A stretch of DNA of 64,000 bases. Source: Puniceicoccaceae bacterium (GTDB lineage Bacteria > Verrucomicrobiota > Verrucomicrobiia > Opitutales > Oceanipulchritudinaceae). Below are positions 35,122 through 43,276 of the stretch, in pieces. Both the position numbers and the translations under genes were made by a program. Each line of letters begins with the position of its first letter. The first letter of the stretch is position 1. The DNA is taken from contig JBFOMH010000017.1 in the NCBI GenBank assembly GCA_040830765.1, positions 64,001-128,000 of the forward strand, written 5' to 3'. The notes under the pieces were generated by a model. The model saw only the letters and a program-made list of their open reading frames with translations. It made no database searches and was not told where the DNA came from.

Positions 35122-36231
35122 ATGCCATTCCCTTACCTGAATCGATCTGATCTGCGAATGAAGCCGCTCTCCGAGCGGATCCACAAGTACTCAATTGAGG
35201 CGCAGGTACTGGGCCTGAACGAGAGGCGCACCCCGCTGAATGACAAGGTCAAGGAGGACCTGGATCAACTGGTCGGGAGCATTCAGGCGGCGCATGCCGC
35301 CAGCCGGCCGGTCATATGTGCCATTGGGGCCCACACTATCAGGAATGGTCTTGGCCCGGTACTCGCCCGCTTAATGGAAAGAGGCTGGATAAACCATTTG
35401 GCGACAAATGGAGCGGGGATCATCCACGACTGGGAGTTCAGTTTCCTTGGAAGCACCTGCGAGGATGTAGAATACTACACAAGCCGGGGTGAATTCGGTA
35501 ACTGGGAGGAAACGGGTCGCTACCTTAATCTGGCTTTGCTTGTTGGTGCCTACGAAGGATTGGGTTATGGTGAATCCATTGGCAGGATGATCGAGGAAGA
35601 GGGCCTGACCATCCCCTCCGGTGATGCCCTGATCGCCGAGGTGGAGGAAACGATTCAATCCGATTCGGAGAAGGCCGCTGCCGCGGCTGACTTGCTCTGG
35701 GCAGTTCGTAAATTTGAATTGGAACCGGGCCGCATATCCATCCCCCATCCATGGAAACAGTACAGCGCACAGGCAGCTGCATACCGTAGCGGGACTCCCT
35801 TCACCGGCCATCCCATGATTGGCCATGACATCATCTATAATCATCCAATGAATCATTGCGCCGCTCTGGGCCGTTGTGCCGAGCGCGATTTCCTCGCGTT
35901 TGCCAATAACGTGAGCAGGATCGACGGAGGGGTCTATTTGTCTGTTGGTTCAGCCGTGATGAGCCCTATGGTTTTCGAAAAGTCTCTCTCCATGGCCCGC
36001 AACCTCGTCCGCCAGCGCGGGGAGGACATCTCTAACCATTCGATCTTTGTGGCCGATCTGGCGGAGTCGTCGTGGGACTGGTCGAAGGGAGAGCCACCGT
36101 CCGACAATCCCGCCTACTTCCTGCGTTACAACAAGACATTCAGTCGCATGGGAGGAGCCATGCGCTACCTGCAGATTGATAACCGTGACCTGCTCCTGAA
36201 TCTTGCCCAGTCGCTTTTAGACGAATCATGA
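35122..36231 (+). CDS. Deoxyhypusine-synthase-like fold protein
   Basis: GAHTIRNGL, HLATNGAGIIHD, IGHDII, SVGSAVMSPMVFEK. Confidence 0.6.
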   Translation: MPFPYLNRSDLRMKPLSERIHKYSIEAQVLGLNERRTPLNDKVKEDLDQLVGSIQAAHAASRPVICAIGAHTIRNGLGPVLARLMERGWINHLATNGAGIIHDWEFSFLGSTCEDVEYYTSRGEFGNWEETGRYLNLALLVGAYEGLGYGESIGRMIEEEGLTIPSGDALIAEVEETIQSDSEKAAAAADLLWAVRKFELEPGRISIPHPWKQYSAQAAAYRSGTPFTGHPMIGHDIIYNHPMNHCAALGRCAERDFLAFANNVSRIDGGVYLSVGSAVMSPMVFEKSLSMARNLVRQRGEDISNHSIFVADLAESSWDWSKGEPPSDNPAYFLRYNKTFSRMGGAMRYLQIDNRDLLLNLAQSLLDES

Positions 36232-37274
36232 AGACTGCTTCCATGACATCGGGCCGCCTTGCCAAGCTGGTCGCCGGTTTCTCCGAGGCGAAGGTTGCCG
36301 TCATCGGGGATTTCGTCCTCGACAAATACTATGACCTGGACCCCGCCCGGCAGAAGGTAAGCGTGGAAAGCGGCAAGGCCGCCCACCAGGTGGTCGGGAT
36401 CCGTCATGCAGCCGGGTGCGCCGGGACAATCGTCAATAATCTCGCCTCCCTCGGCTGTGCCAGGATTATGGCCATTGGCTTTTGTGGCGATGATGGTGAT
36501 GGATATGAGCTCAGCCGCGACCTGCAATCGGTTGGATGTGACATCACGCATTTACACAAGACGGCCCGCCGAGTCACCCCTCTCTACTTGAAGCCACGGG
36601 ACGTGAATGACGACACCCTTTCCGGCGAGCTTGAACGCTTCGATATCAGCAACGGCTCCCCAACGCCACCTGAGGTCGAGGACGCCCTCATTGCATCCCT
36701 CGATGCGGTCCTCGGGGAGGTCGATGTTATCTCTATCATGGACCAGATCGACTCACCGAATCATGGTGTTGTCACGGACCGGGTTCGGAGTGCGATTGCG
36801 GAGCGGGCCGCCGCCTGTCCCGGGACTATTTTCTGGGCTGACAGCCGACGCTTTATCCGCCACTTCCGGAATGTCATCATCAAGCCAAATCCATTTGAGT
36901 TGTTGGGAATCGACAATCCTCCTCCCGGAACACAGTTCGATGATCAGGAATTACTCAATATGGCCCGTAAGCACCGCCAGGACTACCAGACCCCGCTGGT
37001 CCTGACCCGCGGCGCCGCCGGCATGTGGGTCAGCGATCCTGAATGGACGGAGGTCCCGGGCGTCCGTATTAAAGGCCCAGTTGATTCCACCGGGGCCGGC
37101 GACAGCGCCACAGCAGGCGCCATCTCTGCCCTCAGCGCTGGTGCCAGCCTCGTGGAGGCAGCCGTTGTCGCTAATCTCGTCGCCTCCATTACCGTCCAGC
37201 AGATCGGCAAAACAGGTACAGCCCGCGTTGATCAACTGAAGGCGGCCCGGCAGGCCTGGATTGGAAAAAGATGA
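36228..37274 (+). CDS. PfkB-family kinase (HldE/RfaE domain I-like)
   Basis: VAVIGDFVLDKY, IKPN..E, TRG..G, DSTGAGD. Confidence 0.85.
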   Translation: MKTASMTSGRLAKLVAGFSEAKVAVIGDFVLDKYYDLDPARQKVSVESGKAAHQVVGIRHAAGCAGTIVNNLASLGCARIMAIGFCGDDGDGYELSRDLQSVGCDITHLHKTARRVTPLYLKPRDVNDDTLSGELERFDISNGSPTPPEVEDALIASLDAVLGEVDVISIMDQIDSPNHGVVTDRVRSAIAERAAACPGTIFWADSRRFIRHFRNVIIKPNPFELLGIDNPPPGTQFDDQELLNMARKHRQDYQTPLVLTRGAAGMWVSDPEWTEVPGVRIKGPVDSTGAGDSATAGAISALSAGASLVEAAVVANLVASITVQQIGKTGTARVDQLKAARQAWIGKR

Positions 37275-37492
37275 GGGTTGGGTACGCTGATTTCAATACC
37301 TCGCCCCAGTCAGAGCCAGCGTGAACTGGTCCCGCTTCGATGATCTTCGAGTTGCGGCAGTCCTCGTAGCATGGATTGCCATTTGGCGCACCCGGAAAGG
37401 GTGGCAGTAGGAAAAATCTGCCTCCCATGTTGTTTATTCACCAAAGAGCGGTATGATAATTATTAAATCCGGTAAATTCCTCTCTCCCCCCT

Positions 37493-39922
37493 ATGGCTAT
37501 ACGCAATTTCCTGACTCTATCTTGTCCGTTGATGAGTATCCTTGCCTTGGCTGCAACAGGGTATTCCCAAACTCCGGCGGGGCAGGAAGATCCGGTGGCA
37601 GTGGCTGGAAGGGCCGGGCCCACTGCAGGTGAGGAACTACTCGTCAGCGAGCGTGAGAAAGTCCGGCTGGTGGAGGATTCGAGCATTGCGGAGGCGATGG
37701 ACAGGCGTCCGGACCTGAATTTCAATAATGTGACCATCGACGGGGAGGTGACTTCAATTTCCCTCGAAGACATTCCGGCGGACCAGGTTGAGTCAGCCAA
37801 TGTCTCCAAGGCCGTGACCCCCGATCTCGATGCCGATCTCCGGGGAGGCGGGCTGAACCTGCGGTCCAAGCCAACGTACTCCCTGGAGCAGCGGGTGATC
37901 AAGGGATCCGTCATTACGGAATACAACCCGATTGTCGAAGGCTGGGATACCGATGCCAGCGCCACCTACGGGAAGTCCATGGGCCGGTGGGGTTTTATTG
38001 CAACTGCGTCCAGGCGGCAGGGAACACGGGGCGATGAGGAATATGAACAGGACTGGTTCCTGGCAGGGGAGTCAGGTGCGGTCATTCCTGCCCTGAAGGA
38101 ACAGCAACTGCAGTATCAGGAATTCCAGCAACAGCGGAACAGCCTCAATGCAACAGTCGACTTCCAGGTCAACGAAGCCATCCGGTTGTATGTGAAAGGC
38201 GACTACAGGAAATCCGAGCGAGATCGATTCCAGCCCCGATTGACGGTGCGTCATGATGCCGGGGAGTACCGGAATATAACCGATACCGGGGCGGAAATTG
38301 ACGGTGCGCGACTGGAGCGCAATCTCTTCGGGTACGAGTCGGAGTCATCAGGGTATACCCTGACCACAGGAGGCTATCTTGATTTCGAGAAGATTTCGGT
38401 GGATTACCAGTTGTCCTACAATTACTGGAACTACCTGGAGCCGGACTGGTTTTCCGTCCGCTTCCTGCAGGAGGATGTGGACCTGGTCTATGACCTTACA
38501 CGCCTCAAAGGGCCTGAATTCATGGTCCAGTCCGGATCGAATGCGGACATCAACGATCCTCAGGCCTACATCAATGACTGGGTCCGCACGGAGCGCTGGG
38601 AAGAAGACAATACCGACTGGGTCAGCACCCTTAACATTCGGGTGCCCTTCAAGCTCTCCCGGCTCGAAGGGCATTTCAAGACCGGTGTTAAACTCCGCGG
38701 GCTGGACTTTTTCCAGGATTCGGATGCGACCATCTATGACTCCTATGACGGGATCTTTACCCTTGCCGATGTTGTCGGACCTTACAGCAACCCGGATGTC
38801 CTCGATGGCCTCTATGAGCATGGGCCGTTTCCATCCCTGGCAAGGTCGAGAGCGTTTCTGGAGGACAACCGGGACCAGTTTTCGGTTAATCAAACCCGTT
38901 CCCGGGAGATTTCGGATCCTTCCAGTTATGGCGTCAAGCGTGACATCCAAGCCGCCTACGGGATGTTTTTCTTCAAGCTCAACCAGTTGAAGGTTATCGC
39001 CGGTATCCGCTATGAGGAAACCCAGCGCTCCTACCGGGCGAACGAGCTCATCCTGGATGAGGACGGGGAGTATGTCAGCACCCAGCCGTTGACGGATTCG
39101 AACAGCTATGGCAACTGGTTCCCCGGCATTCATGGAAGTTACGACCTTGGCCGTTTCAGTTTTATTGGTTCCTGGTCCAACACCATCGAACGGCCCGAGT
39201 TTGGCGTTATTGTCCCGTTCCGGAACATTGTCCGGGAAGAACAATTTATCGAGGCCGGCAATCCCAACCTCAAGCCAACCCTGTACTCCAATTATGACTT
39301 CTCCATCGATTACCGGCTCGGTGGCGGAAACCTGCTCTCACTGGAGCTATTCTACCAGACGGTTGAAGACATCGTCTACTACGAGGTGGGTCTGGTTCCC
39401 GGCGGGACCTATGCCGGTTATGAGCTTGGAACCTATCGCAACGGACCCAGCGCTGATCTCTACGGCTTGCGGCTGATCTGGTCCCAGGGGTTGGGACAAT
39501 GGATGGAATTTGCTGAAGGCCTCTCCCTCAATGCAAAGTACATTTACCAGGAATCGGAGACTGTTTATCCTGGCCGCCCGGGGGTCACCCTGCCACTCCC
39601 GGAACGTCCGGGCAGCGAACTTGAGCTCAGCCTGGCTTATGAGCGCTTCCGGGTATTCCTGCAACTGGAAGTGAATTACCGGGAGGCGAACCTCGATGGC
39701 ATCAATGACGGAGCACCCTGGAAGGACGTCTATGAAGCAGGGCACACCTATTTCAACTTCACCAGCAGCTATGAGGTTGTCGATGGGATCCGGCTGCTCT
39801 TTGAAGTGGAGAACCTGACCAGTGAGGAAGATGGCCTGGAGTATTACGGGGATGGTGTACTCCTGACGGAATACGAACTTGCGCCAAGAATCTTCAAATT
39901 CGGCGTTCGCTTTGACATCTGA
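37493..39922 (+). CDS. TonB-dependent receptor with shortened plug
   Basis: Signal peptide, KAVTPDLDAD..GG.LNL, GNPNLKP, ENLT and C-terminal FGVRFDI. Confidence 0.88.
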   Translation: MAIRNFLTLSCPLMSILALAATGYSQTPAGQEDPVAVAGRAGPTAGEELLVSEREKVRLVEDSSIAEAMDRRPDLNFNNVTIDGEVTSISLEDIPADQVESANVSKAVTPDLDADLRGGGLNLRSKPTYSLEQRVIKGSVITEYNPIVEGWDTDASATYGKSMGRWGFIATASRRQGTRGDEEYEQDWFLAGESGAVIPALKEQQLQYQEFQQQRNSLNATVDFQVNEAIRLYVKGDYRKSERDRFQPRLTVRHDAGEYRNITDTGAEIDGARLERNLFGYESESSGYTLTTGGYLDFEKISVDYQLSYNYWNYLEPDWFSVRFLQEDVDLVYDLTRLKGPEFMVQSGSNADINDPQAYINDWVRTERWEEDNTDWVSTLNIRVPFKLSRLEGHFKTGVKLRGLDFFQDSDATIYDSYDGIFTLADVVGPYSNPDVLDGLYEHGPFPSLARSRAFLEDNRDQFSVNQTRSREISDPSSYGVKRDIQAAYGMFFFKLNQLKVIAGIRYEETQRSYRANELILDEDGEYVSTQPLTDSNSYGNWFPGIHGSYDLGRFSFIGSWSNTIERPEFGVIVPFRNIVREEQFIEAGNPNLKPTLYSNYDFSIDYRLGGGNLLSLELFYQTVEDIVYYEVGLVPGGTYAGYELGTYRNGPSADLYGLRLIWSQGLGQWMEFAEGLSLNAKYIYQESETVYPGRPGVTLPLPERPGSELELSLAYERFRVFLQLEVNYREANLDGINDGAPWKDVYEAGHTYFNFTSSYEVVDGIRLLFEVENLTSEEDGLEYYGDGVLLTEYELAPRIFKFGVRFDI

Positions 39923-39930
39923 GGAGGATC

Positions 39931-41862
39931 TTACAACGCCTGCTCGGCAGCTTCCCTGCTGTCGACGTGCTCAATGATGAACCGGTAGGTCTTGAGGTTG
40001 TTGAGGAAGGGTCCCCGGATGGATTTTTCATCCAGCACCGCATCGAGGATTTCCTTCCGCAGGGCTTCATCCCTCAATTTCGTCACGGCATTGAAGGCAA
40101 AGGCAGCCTTGTCGCGTCCCCGCCCCTCAACGCTGTCCGACGTGATCAATCGCTTCAGCGCAGCCATGGCGGTGCGGATCTCGCGGCTGGATGCGTTGCG
40201 GTCCATCGCCACCCCGAGCCAGTAGGAGCCGATATTCATACTTGTCCAGCGGCGGGAGCTGCCGTTTGCAGCCCTCACCAGCACGGTATTCGCATTCTCC
40301 TCAAGAATCCCCGTGACGTACTTCATGGCCTCCCGGCTCCTGGAGAGGCAATCCAGGATCTCGATGATGCGGGCCCGCGAATCGTCGTTCGGGGCATTGA
40401 TTAGGGAGGGCAGGTAGAGGTGTTCCCAGAGGTAGTCTTCAATGGCGAGGCGAAGACTGAGGCGCTTCAGGCAGAGCTGCAGTTTACGAGTCGGCAGGTC
40501 GGGACTGTCCCGCAGAATGGCATGGATGAGGATCCGGCAACTTTCGAGGTCACCAATAGCCTCAATTACAGAAAGGATGTCTCCCGTGGCCGGGGTAGCC
40601 AGTTCCTCCTTCAAGAGGATGTTTACTACGTCGACGGCTCCTTCATTGTTGCGGATGGCCATCAGCGACAGATATTCGCCGCGGGCGGGATTACCGATGT
40701 CCTGGACCATCTGGAGGATTTTTTCATCAAGACTTGGATCGACGACAGTCGAAAGCGCATGGGCAGCCAGGCCCTGTAGTTCGTCGTCATCGGACAGTAG
40801 CAACTCGCTCAGGTAAGGGACGCTGGCGCTGCTGGCAAGGACTGATAGAGCCCGCACGGCAACGGCTTGAATGGCTGGATCCCCGCTCTGCGCAATGTCG
40901 AGGACAACGGACTCCAGTTCCATCCATTCCTGGCCAGCGATGGCCCCGATCAGAACGGCTTGTTCCCGCGCATCAAGGAGTTGCCGGTTGTCCACGATGA
41001 AGTCCCGGAGTTGTTTGCTCCCCGTGGAAAGGGCGAGCGAGAGCATGGCACTGTCATCGGAGGGTTGTTCGTTTCCAAGACGCTCTTCCAGGATTTCCAG
41101 GGCGGTTGCTTCCGAATGCTGCAGGATCTGGTAAAAGGCGGCTAGCTTTGTCGTTAAATATTCACTACCCGATAACAAGGACTGCAACTGCCCGATATCG
41201 CAGGACTCCGAGTCGATCAGGGCCAGTTCGAGGTCGGCCCGGGTATCGTCGCTGGCGTTGGCCCATTGGCTATAGAGGAATCCGGCGACGGTGGGCCCGC
41301 CCAGCCGACCCAATGCCGCGACCGATTCCGGACCAAGGCTTGCTTGACCGTTTTCAAGCAGGGAAATGAGCTCCGGGGCAATGGCCGGCGAACCCTGACG
41401 GGCGATGGCCTGCCACCATGTGGTTGATTCCGTGGCATCGGCCGTGGCAAGGCCCTTCAGGATGAGACGGGTCACCTCCTCGCCCGGGAGGGACGACAGG
41501 GTCTGGATGAGATGGTCCCGCAGCACCGGATCCCCGGAAGCCGCCATGGTGGCGTCATAGACCCTGCCGGCTATCCGTGCGGAGGCTGACTCGGCCAGGA
41601 GGCGGGATACGTAGAGCTTTTCCTCGCGACCAATGGAAGTCGAGGCGACAGCTGCGACCAGTTCCGACTCGAGGTCCATCAGTGCGGCAGTGTCCCCGCT
41701 ACCAGCTACCCCGAGGGCGCGGGAATGGAGTTCATTCCGCGCCGACTGGCGCTTTTCGTAATCGGGACTACCGAGGTCCTTGAGAAGGGTATTGATGGTG
41801 GAGTCCTGGGCCCAGAGGCAGGGGACCATAAGGAGAAAGAGGGATATGTGCAAAAGCTTCAT
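39931..41862 (-). CDS. Secreted HEAT-repeat protein
   Basis: Signal peptide; ALGRLGG, AVRALSVL, AAHALS repeats; follows the Gfo/Idh/MocA gene. Confidence 0.75.
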   Translation of the reverse strand: MKLLHISLFLLMVPCLWAQDSTINTLLKDLGSPDYEKRQSARNELHSRALGVAGSGDTAALMDLESELVAAVASTSIGREEKLYVSRLLAESASARIAGRVYDATMAASGDPVLRDHLIQTLSSLPGEEVTRLILKGLATADATESTTWWQAIARQGSPAIAPELISLLENGQASLGPESVAALGRLGGPTVAGFLYSQWANASDDTRADLELALIDSESCDIGQLQSLLSGSEYLTTKLAAFYQILQHSEATALEILEERLGNEQPSDDSAMLSLALSTGSKQLRDFIVDNRQLLDAREQAVLIGAIAGQEWMELESVVLDIAQSGDPAIQAVAVRALSVLASSASVPYLSELLLSDDDELQGLAAHALSTVVDPSLDEKILQMVQDIGNPARGEYLSLMAIRNNEGAVDVVNILLKEELATPATGDILSVIEAIGDLESCRILIHAILRDSPDLPTRKLQLCLKRLSLRLAIEDYLWEHLYLPSLINAPNDDSRARIIEILDCLSRSREAMKYVTGILEENANTVLVRAANGSSRRWTSMNIGSYWLGVAMDRNASSREIRTAMAALKRLITSDSVEGRGRDKAAFAFNAVTKLRDEALRKEILDAVLDEKSIRGPFLNNLKTYRFIIEHVDSREAAEQAL

Positions 41863-41900
41863 AGGGAATGGGAGGTCCAGGTGGTGGTCTCTACAGGGGC

Positions 41901-43169
41901 TCAGGCCGGGAGTTCGTATCCGGCGCGTCGCGGGCGGTCGAGCAGACGGGATGCGGCCGGATCGTCTGGAATAATCTGCTTCACGGGGTCCCAGCTAATC
42001 GGCCGGTTAATCCGCTCGGCGATCCCGGAGAGGAGGCAAATCGTCCCGGAGCGGTGGCCAACCCCGACATCGCAAATGGGCTTTTCCCGGGAGTGGATGC
42101 AATCCAGCCAATTGCCCCGGTGGTCATTGGAGTGATAAAGGCGTTTGTCGGAAGGACTGAGGGGACGTCTTGCAAGGTCCGGAGGATCCGATGCCAGATC
42201 ATCACGACTGACCAGGATTTCCCCCTTCTTCCCGATAAAGCGAATCATGAATCCGTTCATCTCCTTGTGGTCCCGGTATACCCGGAGTCCATTGGCATAC
42301 TCATGGTACTGGTAGGGGCTGCCTTCGTAGCCCTTCGGGACAAACAGGGTTGCGCCACTGTGGTCCATTCCCAGTGCCCATTGAATGATGTCAAAGTGAT
42401 GGGCACCCCAGTCACCCTGCTTGCGGGAGCCATATTCCCAGAAGCGGCGCCAGCCGCCACCGTAATCTCCCCGGGTGCGGTCCTCAAAATATTCTTCATA
42501 GGGAGTCGGGCCGAGCCACTTGTCGTAATTGAATCCCTCCGGGACCGGCTCCGGTTCTCGCAAATACGGTGCAGGGAAGGAACCGAGGAGGGCGTAGATT
42601 TCCTTCAGTTCGCCAATCCAGCCATTGCGCACCATTTCAGCCGCCTTGCGAAAGCGCCAATCGGACCGTTGTTGCGAACCCACCTGCAGGACCCGGGCAT
42701 AGCGCTTCTGGGCTTCCACCATGGCGAGGCTTTCCCCGACCGTCAGGGTCATTGGCTTCTCCACGTAGACGTCCTTTCCGGCGCGCATGGCAGCTATGGA
42801 AATCGCTGCATGCCAGTGGTCGGGCGTTCCGATGACGACCGCATCGATATCCGGGCGCTGCAACAGTTCCTCATAGTGTTCATAGCTGTCACAGGGGCTG
42901 CCGGTGGCCTCCTCGATGTTCTCCTTGTATTCCTCGCGGAACACTTGATTAACGTCGCAAACGGCCACGACCTGCGACCTGTCACGGGAACGGAAATAGC
43001 CACGGTGGCCATCCATAATCTTTCCGCATCCGATAAGGCCGATGTTGATCCGGCTGTTGGGGCTTGTCGCACCTGCGAGGCCAAGCGTCTCGGCCTTGAG
43101 GATCATCGGGGCAAAAATGCTGGAGCTGCACAGGAGGCCGCTCTTCTTCAGAAATGTTCTTCGTTTCAT
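41901..43169 (-). CDS. Tat-exported Gfo/Idh/MocA oxidoreductase
   Basis: KRRTFLK, IGCG, TPDHWH, YVEKP, QVGSQQRS, DWGAHHFD. Confidence 0.92.
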   Translation of the reverse strand: MKRRTFLKKSGLLCSSSIFAPMILKAETLGLAGATSPNSRINIGLIGCGKIMDGHRGYFRSRDRSQVVAVCDVNQVFREEYKENIEEATGSPCDSYEHYEELLQRPDIDAVVIGTPDHWHAAISIAAMRAGKDVYVEKPMTLTVGESLAMVEAQKRYARVLQVGSQQRSDWRFRKAAEMVRNGWIGELKEIYALLGSFPAPYLREPEPVPEGFNYDKWLGPTPYEEYFEDRTRGDYGGGWRRFWEYGSRKQGDWGAHHFDIIQWALGMDHSGATLFVPKGYEGSPYQYHEYANGLRVYRDHKEMNGFMIRFIGKKGEILVSRDDLASDPPDLARRPLSPSDKRLYHSNDHRGNWLDCIHSREKPICDVGVGHRSGTICLLSGIAERINRPISWDPVKQIIPDDPAASRLLDRPRRAGYELPA

Positions 43170-43276
43170 GGGGTTTCTAAGCGAAGCTAGAAATGGGTGG
43201 ATTCACCAGCTTCTTTTCACTCATAGCGAAGAAACCTGAACGGAAAGAACATACTTCTATCCTTATTGTAGGTAAG

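Noticed and set aside
37275..37492. Cobalamin or TPP riboswitch upstream of the TonB receptor
   Set aside because: Small hairpins are present but none of the conserved aptamer motifs.
41868..43190. 440-aa plus-strand ORF
   Set aside because: Antisense shadow of the Gfo/Idh/MocA gene.
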